The translations under genes and the position numbers were made by a program. A DNA stretch of 64,000 nucleotides, from positions 71,734,604-71,798,603 of the forward strand of contig NC_081359.1 in assembly GCF_030684315.1 (NCBI RefSeq), in the 5' to 3' direction. The notes below the pieces were generated by a model. That model saw only the letters and a list, made by a program, of their open reading frames with translations. It made no database searches and was not told where the DNA came from. Shown here one piece after another: positions 38,452-50,349 of the stretch. How positions within the stretch are numbered: the first letter of the stretch is position 1; the number at the start of each line of letters is the position of its first letter. This stretch comes from Stegostoma tigrinum. Lineage: Eukaryota.

Positions 38452-39935
38452 GAACGGTAGCATATTAATAAGATTACTGGTCTAGTATTCCAGGGGCCTG
38501 GACTTAAGCTGCAAAGGCATAAGTTCAAAAGCTACCATGACAGCTGATGGGATTTTAAATTCAATTCATAAATAAAACTGAAATTAAAAAGCTTGTTTCA
38601 GTAATGATGCTCATGCAACCATTGGATTGTGATGAAAATCCCTATAGGTCACCAATGCCCTTTAGCGGAAGAATTCTGCCCTGCTTATCTAAAACTGGCC
38701 TACGGGTGATTCCTGACCCACAGCAACATAGCAAACTCCTAACTGCCATCTGAAAAAGTCCAGCAACTTACATGGTAGTATAAGAATAATAAGGATAAAT
38801 ATAAAACTGACCGAGGCACAAACCAAGTCACAACCTGCCCACTCAACCATGATCTCACTAACACCCGATAGCTTCTGTCAAAATTGGAAGTGTTGTGCAT
38901 AGACTAGCCAAGTAGAAGCCAGGCATTATCATACATACTGAAGCATACCTACACTCAATGGTCATACTCCTCCTTAAGCATTTATGAGTATGTCCTGCCC
39001 CATTGTTTGGACCCAGCAAAAGGGGAAGGACATTTGTGTACAATGAATAAGAGGTGGTCTTGGGAACCTTTAATAGAAATCTCAAAATCCATGAAGTCTC
39101 ATGGTTTCCATTCAAACATGGACAAAGAATCCTTCTTTACATTGCCATTTATCATCTCTCTCAGTTGATCAATCCTCTAGGTGAAACAGCATTGGGAAGT
39201 GGCACTGAGGGTGTCAAAGGCACAGAAATTACTCTAGGCGGGGGCTTCAAAATCCATCACTAAGAGTGGCTCAGTAGCACCAGTACTGACCAAACTGGAC
39301 ATGTCTTGGAAAACATATCTGCCATACTGGGCATACAACACACACTGAGTGAATCAACAGGGGAGACAAATCTACCTAGCATTATTCTCACTAATCTAAC
39401 CATCACTATAACATCCATCCATCACTGAATTGGTAAGAATAACCACCGCACAGACCAATGGAGCTGAAATCCCATCTTTATAGTGGATTTCACCTTGATG
39501 GATGGCATTACCATCATGATAGATTAGATAGATGAAGAACAGATCTCACAGTTCCAAAATGGGCTTTCATTGGAGCATTGGAAGTCACCAGCAGCAGCAA
39601 AATTGTTTTCAAGCAAAATTTGTAATCTCCAGCTCTAGCAAATCCCTCACTCTACCATTATCATCAAGTCAAGGGACCAGCCCTGATTCAATGAGGGGAC
39701 TGTAGGATAACATTCCAGGAGCAGCAATAGACATACATAAAAATGAAGTGCTAAACTGGTGAAGCTTCAACACAATAGAGGTCGTACTAAGCAGGATAAG
39801 CAGAAATCTATAGACAAGGAAAAGCAATCCCACAATCAATGTATCAAATCAAAAATGCGCAATCTAATCACATCCAGTTGCAATAACAGCAGACAATTGA
39901 ACAACTAACTAGAGGAGAAACACCCACAGATGCTT
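38452..39935 (+). mobile_element. tRNA-headed CR1/L2-group LINE 5' fragment (second copy)
   Basis: Same head and middle as 19782, then endonuclease remnants HRLAK*KPGIIIHTEAYL, HEVSWFPFKHGQ, GGGFKIHH*EWLSSTSTD. Confidence 0.68.
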
Positions 39936-40004
39936 CTGTCTGATTATGGACAGGGATGAGAGAGTGAGAACTGAAATTCCTGCATCCTTCCTATACTGCC
40001 TTTT

Positions 40005-40330
40005 TTTCATTTGTTCATTGACATGGGCCTTGCTGGCTGGGCCAACATTTATTGCCTGTCTCTAGTTGCCCTTGAAGTAGTAGTGGTGAGCTGCCTTCTT
40101 GAAGAACTGCAGTCCATATGCTGTAAGCAGATTGACAATGTTGTTCAGGATGGAATTCCAGGAATTTGATCCACTGACAGTGAAGGAATGGTGATATATT
40201 TCCAAATCAGGGTGGTGAGAGACTTGGCAGGGATCTTGATGGCAGTGGTGTTCCCATATATCTGCTGCTCTTATCCTTCTAGATGGAAGTCATCATGGGT
40301 TTGGAAGGTGCTGTCTAAGGATCTTTGGTG
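40005..40330 (-). mobile_element. CR1/L2-group LINE 3' end (second family)
   Basis: Reverse complement of the tail at 24790-25092. Confidence 0.75.
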
Positions 40331-40339
40331 AAGAAATCG

Positions 40340-40740
40340 AAGGTTATGTGGCTGAATTTGTGAACTTATTCAGGATTCATTTAAGGAATGCACATAGATA
40401 GGTGATGAAGGATCAGGTATTGAAGTGAAGGAATATGGGTCAAAAAGTAGCAACTGGAATTCAATGTTAATAAAGGTGAGATGACACGTTTCAGTAAAAT
40501 GTAAAAGCACTGTTGTAATTAAGTCCTGAATGGAAATAGGTTAAGAGCTGTGAAACAGCAAAGGGATTTCAGAGTATGGATTCACAAGTTTTTAAAAACA
40601 GTGCCTCAATTTTGATAAGGCTGTATTCAGAAAAAAATGAATCCAATTCTGTACTTTCTTGAGAAATTATAACATTTCAAAGCCAAGAGTCATCAGCCAA
40701 TATACAATCCTAGTAAGATCTCGTTTAGACAATTGTTTGA
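40340..40740 (+). mobile_element. Decayed CR1 RT C-terminal fragment
   Basis: QLEFNVNKGEMTRF and QQRDFRVWIH remnants. Confidence 0.5.
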
Positions 40741-41699
40741 GGTGCTGGAGCACAAATGCTGGACTGCTAGGTGACTTTGCAAGCCCCCTTGAGCACTGAT
40801 ATTCACAGTTCTGGTGAAAGCAGTCTGGGCACCAGGCACCAAGCTTAGATTGCAGGTCTACTAATGCAGATCTCATGACTTAATACGAGCTTTCAAAGCA
40901 GCACTCAGACTTTGGGTGACTTCTGCCTGTGCACAAAACTAAAAGTTGAAACATCAGCTATCAGATGCTGACTCACTGCTGGGTCATTAAATGACCACTA
41001 ACTTTACATTGGAAAAGATGGGCTTCAAAGTCGGTGTTGCCAGTCTATTCAGTGCTCCCTGATCATGACATTAGGTTATCTGGCAAGTCTGTTGATGCAC
41101 CACTCATTTCCATGTGTATATGCATCAGCCTTTTCCTCATTATATCCAACACAAAGGAAAATAGCTGCATTTGTTGGAGGTCAATCATCTCAGTCACAGC
41201 ATCGAGCAGGGTTCCTCAGAATTATGCACAAGGATCAACCATCCTAAACCTACCTGCTTTCTCGTTGTTTATCACTGACTTCATTAGGAGGAGTGATACC
41301 AACCATTGGCAAATTAGTAAATGTTATGTTTGTTTATGTCATTGTTTACATTATTTCATGATTATCTGTGATTTTCTTTATTTTACTAGAGTACTATCAG
41401 ATCTGCCTGGAAAACACACATACAGTTACACCAACAGGATTTTTAATGTCATGAAATAATTGCCGGCTCATTTGAAAAGTCCTGAATTTAAACCACAGCA
41501 TACTGACATTGAAATAATTCAAACCAGTCTTGAAGGTTCACAGGGCACATGCGTGACAATAAATATCATTCTGATTTTTTTCTCCAATTATTGGTCAAGA
41601 TCAACGTGTTTGTGAACTTCTTTAATTACCCCCTGCTATTGAAATAAAGGTTAAAAAGGAGAATGCAGTTCATTTTTAGCCCAATTCCCCAAATGAGAG

Positions 41700-44600
41700 A
41701 TGTCATGGGCTAATCCCGCTGCCATGTGCTGGTGAGAATAAGAATAGGAGTATAGGGCAGATGAATGTGTAGCTAAGGAACTGGTGGAAGGGGCAAAGAT
41801 TCACATTTTTGGACCATTGGGATCTCTTCTGGTGTAGAAGTGACCTGTATAAGAGAGGCAAATCATACCTGAATTGGAAGGGGGCCAATGTCCTGGCAGG
41901 AAGATTTGCTAGAGCTATTTGGGAGGCTTTAACCACTAAGTGGGGTGGTGGGAGACCCAAAGAAATAGTGAGAAAAGAGATATAAATCTGAGGCTGGTAC
42001 AATAGATAAGGGGAGCAAGTTAAATAGTCAACGCAGACAAGAGCATGGCAGAGAACAAAATAAGACTGACAAATTAAACTGCATTTATTACAATGCAAGA
42101 GGCCTGACAGGTAAGGCAGATGAACCTAGGGCCTGTTTGGGAACATGAGACTGATATATCATAGCGATTACAGAACATGGAAGGCAGGACTAGCAGCTTA
42201 ATGTTTGGGAGTAGAGATGCTATCAAAAAGAAAGAAAGGGAGGATATTCCTAGGAAAATATCCAGTGAAGTTATATGGGTGGAACTGAGAAATAAGAAAG
42301 TGATGGTCACCTAGAGATTGTATCATAGGCTGACCCAGTAGTAGGCAAGAAATTGGTAAGCAAATATGTAATGAGATCACAGACATCTGTATGACTATTA
42401 GGGTCATAATGGTAGGGAATTTTAAATTTCCGAACATAGATTGGGACCGCCATAGAGTTAAGGGCTTGGATGGAGACAAATTTGTTAAGTGTGTAAAAAA
42501 TAATTTTCTTATTCAATATGGAGATGTACTTGACCCTCTCTTGGGAAATAAGGCAGGGCGAGTGAGGTGTCAGTGGGAGAACGCTTCGGGATTAGTGACC
42601 GTAATTGTATTAGTTTTAAAATAGATATGGAAAAGGATAGACCTGATCCAAATTTAAAGTTCTAAATTGGAGTAAGACCAATTTTGATAATGTAAGGCAG
42701 GGACTTTCAAAAGTTGATTGGAGGAAGCTTTTGGAAGATAAAAAGATGGTTGGAAAGTGGGAGGCCTTCAAAAATGAGATAATGAGAGTCCAAAGGCAAT
42801 ATGTTCCTGTTAGTGTGAAGGGAAAGCTGATAGGTGTAGGGAATGCTGGATGAAAAATTGAGGCTTTAATCAAGAAAAAGAGAGAGATATATGTCAGGTA
42901 TGGACAATTTGGATCAAATGAATCCTTAGAGGAATAAAAGCAATAAGAATATACTAAAGAGGGAGATCAGGAGAGCAGAAAGGGTACAAAAAGTAGTTTT
43001 GGCACATAGGATTAAGGAGAATCCAAAGACATTCTACAAATACATTAAGAGAAAAAGAGTAACTTGGGAGACAATAGGGTCTCTTAAAGATCAACGGGGC
43101 CACTTATATGAGGAACCACAGGTTAAGGACATGGAAGCTAGGGAACTTGAGGAAATAAATAGTGATGCTTTGAAAAGTGTCAATATTACAGAAGAGGAGG
43201 TGCTGGAGGTCTCAAAATACATAAAGGTAGATAAATACCTGAGACCTGATCTAGGGAAGAGATTGCTGGATCCCTAGCTGAGATAATTGTATCATCAACA
43301 GCCATAGGTAAGGTGCTAGAAGACTGGAAGGTGGCTAATGTGGTGCCATTATTTAATAAAGGTGGTAAGGAAAAGGCAGGGAACTATAGATCAGTGAGCG
43401 TGATATCAGTGGTGGGTAAGTTATTGTAGGGGATTCTGAGGGATAGGATTTGCATGCATTTGGAAAGGTAAGGACTGATGATAAATAGTCAACATGGCTT
43501 TGTGCATGGGAAATCATGTCTCACTAATTTGATTGAGATTTTTGAAGAAGTGACAAAGAAGATTGATGAAGGCAGAATGGTAGATGTTGTCTATCTGGAC
43601 TTCAGCAAGGCTTTCGACAAGGTTCGCATGATAAACTGGTTAACAGTGTTAGATCACATGGGATCCACAGTAACTAGCCAAATGGATACAAATGTAGCTT
43701 GAAGGTAGGAGACAGAGGTTGGTGGTGGAGGGATACTTTTCGGACCAGGGGCCTGTGACCAGCGGTGTGCCACAAGGATGCGTGCTGGATCCACTACTTT
43801 TTGGCATTTGTAATAACGATTTGGATGTGCTTAAAGGAGGTATGACAAGTAGGTGTGCAGATGACACCAAAATTGCTGGTGTAGTGGACAGTGAAAAAGG
43901 TTATCTCAAAGCACAATGAGAACTTGATCAGACGAGCCAGGAGTCAGCAGATGGTGTTTAATTTAGATAAATGTGAGGTGTTGCATTTTGGTAAGGCAAA
44001 CCAAGGCAGGACTTATATAGTTAATGGTAGGTCCATGGGAGTTTTGCCAAGCAAAGCGACCTAGGGATGCAGGTGCATAGTTCCTTGAAAATGGAGTTGC
44101 AGGTAGACAGGGAAGTAAAGAAGGCATTTTGCACACTTGCCTTCTTTGTTCAGACCTTTGAATATAGAGTTGGGACTCTACAGGACATTGATAAGGCGAC
44201 TTTAAGATTGCTCCATTCAATTCTCGTCTCCCTGCTATAGGAAAGATGTTAAACTTGAAAGGGTTCAGAGACGATTTACAAGGATTTTGCCAGGGCTGGA
44301 TGGTTTAAGCTAGAGGGAGAAGTTATATATATACATTTTCTCTGGGGCATCGGAGGCTGTGGGGTGACCTTATAGAGACTTATAAAATCATGAGGGGCAT
44401 GGATAAGGCATATAACCAAAGTATTTTGCCCAGAAGAGGGAGTACAAAACTGAAGGGCATAGGTTTAAGATGAGAAGGGAAAGATTGAAAGGGATCTGAG
44501 GTGCAACATTTTCTTGGAGACGGTGGTCCATATATGGAACAAGATGCCAAAGGAAGGTGGTGGAGGCTGTATAATTACAACATTTAAAAGACATATGGGC

Positions 44601-44740
44601 GGGTATACGAATAGGAAGGGTTTAAAGGAATATGGGCCAAATGCTGGCTAATGGAAATAGATCAGTTTAGGATATCTGGTCAGCATTAATGAGTTGGGCT
44701 GAAGGGTGTGTTTCTGTGCTGTATAACTCTATGACTATAA
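41700..44740 (+). mobile_element. Near full-length CR1 LINE (ORF1 end + ORF2 + tail), decayed
   Basis: YNARGL, VGNFKFPNIDW, IKENPKTFYKYI, QHGFVHGKSCLTNLIE, SGVPQGCVLDP, ADDTKI; tail gtataactctatgactat. Confidence 0.93.
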
Positions 44741-46315
44741 TATTACTCTTGCACTAACCTCTGAAAATGAGTACATCAAGTGTCTGGCACATGTTTGTTC
44801 TATCAAGACCTGTTTGCACAAGTCAACAGAACTGCTAACTTATTCCTAGTCATCTCTCTAGTGTGGTTATGTTTGTCCTGCAACAAAGTGCCATATTCCA
44901 GCCTCTATTAGGAGGATCTACAATAAAGGCCACAATCTTTTGGCACATTGCCACAGTTTTTTTAAAATTTCTATTCATTCATTGAGTGTATTTTTGCTCA
45001 ATATTGTATTCAACATCAATGCTGAAGTTGGAATTTTGTTTCTTAATATCTCTTCTGAAGGATTGATGTGAAGTTCCAACAGACTAAAGTAAGACTCTTA
45101 TTCAACAATGTTTCATACCAGCATATCAATCTAATAGAACAGTATAATTTCTTTTTATTTCATGTTCATGTATAGTTTCTGTAAAAGTGGACTATAGACA
45201 GACTGAAAATGCTGGTAGCCTAGTCTGTGAATTTTCCAAGATACCTTAGAAATTCCTCCTGTTTTACAGACAATTTTTGTGGTAAATTTTAGGCAGATCT
45301 TGGGTTTTGTAAGCAGGTACAGATATTCATTACCTAATCTTGGCAGCCCATTTCTTTTACATCTTATTTCAGAGCACAGCTGTTTACAAATTATCAGTCT
45401 GAATGGTTTTTCAGTGCTACTGTAGATTGACAGGATAGAATTTTTAGGGAACTGAGCAACATGGATTTAGACAAGATTTGCCACAGAATTGTACAAGAAG
45501 TCTGGCAAGATCATTGTCTGTCAGGAGCACATTGCTTCATCTTTTACTTTCTTGAAAAGTGGTGAGGTGAGTTTCTTGCTTTTTGCTTGTTAAACATCTT
45601 ATCAGTGGCCCAGCACACCTCATTAATATTCAGCTTCCTATCTTACCAAACACATTAAACAAGCTGGACATCAATAATATGTGACATGGAAATCAGAAAA
45701 GGTACCCAATGAATTCAGCTCCACTTGTTCCAAAGTACCTCCATGTTGAAGATTAGAGCAGTAGCTTCTCAGGACACACTGTTTGGGCACCAACCAAATG
45801 CACCCCACACGTACTCTCATTGGCATCCAATACATCCAATATGGGCCAGTCTCTAAGAATCCTCATGGTACATCTTCGTTTTCCTTACTGGACGCTTCTG
45901 AACTTCAACGCTACACTTTGGGTTGCTCTGGTAATTATCATTGTTATGCTGCAGCAAGGACACTGTGTGCTCAGGAACGTTCAAAGGACCAACTCCTGAA
46001 CTGGACCAGGTTACACATCAGTGCTCTTCACTCACTGTCATAGCACTTACTCACTCTGTACCTACCTCGATACTCAGAGCATCCCTGCTTTGCATTGCTT
46101 TGCTTTTCCATTTCACGTTCTGCTCCCTCAGCCACATTTATTGGGCTCATATTACTTCTGTGTTGTCTTCCCGTCTATGACTGTCAATAGGTTTCAGTAA
46201 AGTCAAGGGGAGTAACCATCACTCAAGGACCCCAGCAGACTAAGTAATGGGCAGCCACTGACACAAGTCCAGGGGCTTAAATATGCCAGTTAGCCGCCCA
46301 GGGTGGTCAGAGTCA

Positions 46316-46497
46316 GAAATAATGGGAACTGCAGATGCTGGAGAATCCGAGATAACGAAGTGTGAAGCTGGATGAACACAGCAGGCCAAGCAGCATCTTA
46401 GGAGCACAAAAGCTGACGTTTCGGGCCAACACCCTTCATCAGCTTTTGTGCTCCTAAGATGCTGCTTGGCCTGCTGTGTTCATCCAGCTTCACACTT
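46316..46497 (-). mobile_element. Palindromic PLE pLTR-derived short element
   Basis: Near-perfect inverted repeat, TSD TGGTCAGAGTCA at 46304-46315 and 46498-46509, closely similar to the 54935-55025 pLTR. Confidence 0.88.
46415..46442 (-). ncRNA. Minimal hammerhead ribozyme motif (intact core)
   Basis: Minus strand reads CTGATGA-A-GGG-TGTTGG-CCC-GAAA-CG-TC. Confidence 0.68.
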
Positions 46498-46794
46498 TGG
46501 TCAGAGTCAAAATGCTCTTTATATAAATTGTGAGCAGCCCATCACCCATCTCAAGTATTTCTGCACTGCTGGGTGCTGTATTCCTCCTGGGATGGGATAG
46601 AGGCAGGTATTAGGGAAGATGAAAGTGGGTGGCACATCTGTTACTCTTGCTTGCAAAGGGGAGTTGTCCTGAGCAGATGACAGTATAGTTAGTGATGTTG
46701 GAATTGAGGTGAGCGACAGTGAAAGTGGTCGAGCGTAGGAAGTGGGTAAAGTAGCAGAGACAGGGTCAGTGTGATATATTGGAGAGAAGATGGT

Positions 46795-47045
46795 GTCACA
46801 TACATTGGCAGAGTGTAGAAGATTATTGACCCTCCTCCTACAGTGCTGGGCATTCCTCCAGGTGGTTAACACTTCTTTGATTAGTGTGGCAATTTCAGTC
46901 TAGACTGGCATTGTCTGGTGTCATGGCCCCCAAAGTTGGTCTTTGTGGAAGAGGAAGCGCCACCCCAGTACCACCACATATAGCAGGACCTCCAGGTCCT
47001 CGCCTTCAAAGCGGGGCACCAAAATCCCCCCGTCTGCCATGTCAC
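46795..47045 (-). mobile_element. Harbinger-type Myb/SANT-like gene relic
   Basis: LVPRFEGEDLEVLLYVV...P*HQTMPV*TEIATLIKEVLTTWRNAQHCRRRVNNL fits the PRF..LE.LL...W.E.A..V.....R...QCRK..NDL pattern. Confidence 0.62.
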
Positions 47046-47402
47046 GGGAATTTCAGCACCCATGAAGGGCAGCTCCGGACTAACAGTTCTGTCTGGGTGC
47101 ATATTGGGCCCTTAAAGATGGCATGGGTGCAAGGGATGCTGGTTCATTCCAGGATATCTCGGCAGTAGTGTGTTATAATGGAAATGGTGCACAGTAAAAT
47201 GAGGCCAGAAGCGGACATGATGAACATTGGGGGATGTATAAGTAGGTAATGAGATGGGTTTGATAGTATATAGCAAAGAATCTCACAAGTCCTCATGGCA
47301 GAAATCCCTTCAAGTAACCAAACTTGGCAAAAAAAAACAAAATTCATCCCACAGCTTGTGCCATTTTTTTCTAATAAACCTATTGAGAGATATTAAGACA
47401 AT

Positions 47403-47717
47403 AGGGGCGGCAGGGTGGCTCAGTGGTTAGCACTGCTGCCTCACAGCGCCAGGGACCCGGGTTTGATTCCACCCTCGGGTGAATGTGTGGAGTTTACACA
47501 TTCTCCCCGTGTCTGATCAGTTTTGTCTGGGTGCTCCGGTTTCCTCCCACAGTCCAAGATGTGCAGCCTAGGTGGATTGGTCATACTAAATTGCCCAACT
47601 GTTCAGGGATGTGTAGATCAGGTGGGTTATAGGTGGATAGGTCAGGGTGGGATGCTCTGAGGTTTGGTGTGGACTTGTTGGGCCAAAGGGCCTGTTTCCA
47701 CACTGTAGGGATTCAAT
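47403..47717 (+). mobile_element. HE1-type V-SINE
   Basis: ggggcggcagggtggctcagtggttagcactgctgcctcacagcgccagggacccgggtttgattcc...cactgtagggattc. Confidence 0.9.
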
Positions 47718-47729
47718 GTTACTATGCAC

Positions 47730-47952
47730 CTCTGGAGCAAAGCTAAAGTCACCATAGTCTTACTATACCACAGGATTGATCCCTCATTAGAGAGAGAAGG
47801 CTGGTGGTGGTTTAACCTGAGGGTCACCGTGCTTCAAATGAAGGGACAGGTTGAGAAGGAGAGTCCTTCACAGTAACTTCAGCTGGTGCAGAAATTGAAA
47901 GCATGTTGTTGGCATCACCCTGCATTGCAAACTAGCCAACTGAGCTAACTGA
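47730..47952 (-). mobile_element. tRNA-derived SINE
   Basis: Minus strand starts AGTTAGCTCAGTTGGCTAG (A box); a related shorter copy lies at ~28050-28190. Confidence 0.6.
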
Positions 47953-48449
47953 TCTCCAATATGGTAGAGCATAAACTCAGGCCTCCTGGGCAAGATGTTG
48001 GAACACCACCAATGCATCACAAGCACCCTCCCAGCTTCTGATATTCTCTCCAACTATAAACAGCTTGTACCTGCTTCTAGTAAAACAACCTGGGGACTCG
48101 TTTAACCTTTAATAATCAAACAATCACAACCTTTTTGTCAGGCTGACTTCAGAACTGATTGCGTTTGCCTTTCATTTTACCCTAAATTTAAAACCATGTT
48201 AAAGATATAATAATCTTATAAACTATACTGTTGCAACATCAGTCCATCTACTAAAAATTATACATTCCAGTAATTTACTTCCAATGGACGTTGACCTTCA
48301 GGTCTGTATTTTCTTGGTTTCTCTCACTCAATTTTCTAGAAGTTAAATTTGAATTTTCCAATCTAAAGGAATGCTGCATGTACTGAGAAAACCCTCGGTA
48401 AACTAAGGCTAAAGTATCACAATTTCTTCATTTTAAGAGTATTGGTTTT

Positions 48450-48655
48450 TAAATGAGATGCGAACCCACTGTATGTCCTTTCAAGTGGATGCAAAATACT
48501 CAAAAACAGTATTTGAAGAAAGTGGTCCCTTCTGGATTTCTGGCCAGGATCTATCTGTCAGACAACATCAGAAACACATATTTTCTGATAATTTCTCTCC
48601 ATGCTGTTTGTGAGATGTTGTTGCATGTATTTGCACAGGAGTGTCAGTGACCACA
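48450..48655 (+). mobile_element. DeuSINE (SacSINE1/AmnSINE1-like) Deu-domain fragment
   Basis: tcaagtggatgcaaaa...tatttgaagaa...tcctggccag...atgctgtttgtgagatgttgttg matches the recalled Deu-domain consensus. Confidence 0.6.
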
Positions 48656-50349
48656 AGTTAGAATTTTGGCTTTATAGCAAATGGAGCAGGAACTCAACAG
48701 ATCCAGATTCACTCAAACTGTTGTGGTCCCCCATCACACCTGCCCTATTAGGACCACAGTATCTTTCACCTCATCTTTGAGTTTAAGATTATAATGCGTA
48801 ATTTAAACAGCTTTTAATTTTAATAGCATGCACTTTACATGTATATAATCATTCCAACAAACTAAATTTTAATCTCGAAAGTGTGCTGATGTAAATAGAA
48901 AAACTTGTTTCTTTGTTCTTACCACTAAGTTTGGTGCTCCATTTGGCTGTCAGTCTGCTCTCAGTTGACATAATGAAAAGATTGCTACAATTGTACTGGA
49001 TCTAAGAAAGATTAAGAATCAAATCATATGTAGCTTTTGGTCACCATTCAATGACTGCGGCTAAAAATTCAAGTTCGTGGAAGTTGGATGAAACACAGTC
49101 AGGTTTATTATTGATGTTTTCCCATGGTTGAACAGTATGATGTCTAGTCACAGGAGGAGTTTTGCATAAGTCAGTGCCTTAGCAAATAAGAGGAAAGAAT
49201 TTGAAAAATAAGACAAATAGAATATTGACTTGTACAGATAAGTAGTTTTCTTCAAGTATTCATTACCTAATTTTGTTCAGTTAAAGAAGTGCAAACAAAG
49301 TAGGATCAGGTTGAATATCCCAACCTGAATTACTGCTGCAGCTTTCTTAATACATTCTCTTCAAGTAAGCTTGGTAACTGAGTGGAATGTGCTATTATTA
49401 GAGAAAACAGAACACAATGTTTTCCAAGGACTATCGAGAACACAAAGGAAAACAGAACAGTATCAATAAATCTCAGCTGTGTGGTTCTTGAAATTCAATA
49501 TTGTGGTGTTTTATTATCCAGAGGGCAGGAGCCTCAAAAGGTTTCAATGTGGACCAACTGTTTCTACATCAAGGTACTAAACATTTTCAGCTGATTCATG
49601 GGCCATTAACCCTTTTACACATGGATGAGCAGGGGAAATTTTAGGAGAACTTGCATGAACACAAGTGCACCCCTTCTCTAGATTTCATCTTAATCAAAAT
49701 TTTGTGGCCAATATCCTAATCTGCACCAAATCCCCAAACACATCACAGCGCTACATTGATTCACAATCATGAAACACTTCAAGTTTCAAATCATTGTATC
49801 TGCGTTTGATTGCTTTCTTTTCTATGTCTATCTCCTCCCTATCTCAGTAATTTCCACAAACACCACAACGCCACCTCTGACCTTGCTAGTTCTGTGAATC
49901 TGATGTTGTTTGTGGCCATGCTTTCAGCCTCTGAAGTCTTCTGTTCTGAAATAACCTGCAACTCCCCCGAATTCTCTCTACCTCCTGCACCTGTTCTTTT
50001 TGAAGCATTGGATCTTCGGTGAATCTTTCCAATTTCTAACATTTTAGTTTACTTTCCATTTTTCCATATATCTTTGTAAATGTAGCTTGAAACTTTTTTT
50101 TTCTATTTTAAACATATGTAAAGGATTGAATGTTGGAAGATGGTGCATGGTATAATTTCCCTGATCTTGACATTTTGACTAAACGATGGCCATGAGAAAA
50201 CATACAGTGCTGCATTACTATAATATTTCCCATTTCATGAGTTGCTGTCTGTAGTATATTGGATAAGGAGAAGAGTCAAAAGAGAAAAATTAGAATATGT
50301 GTTTTCCTGTGCTATCAACTATTACTGACTTTTGCGCAATAGAATGTGC

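Noticed and set aside
47403-47480. tRNA-like sequences with A and B boxes
   Set aside because: They continue into SINE bodies, so they are SINE heads and not tRNA genes.
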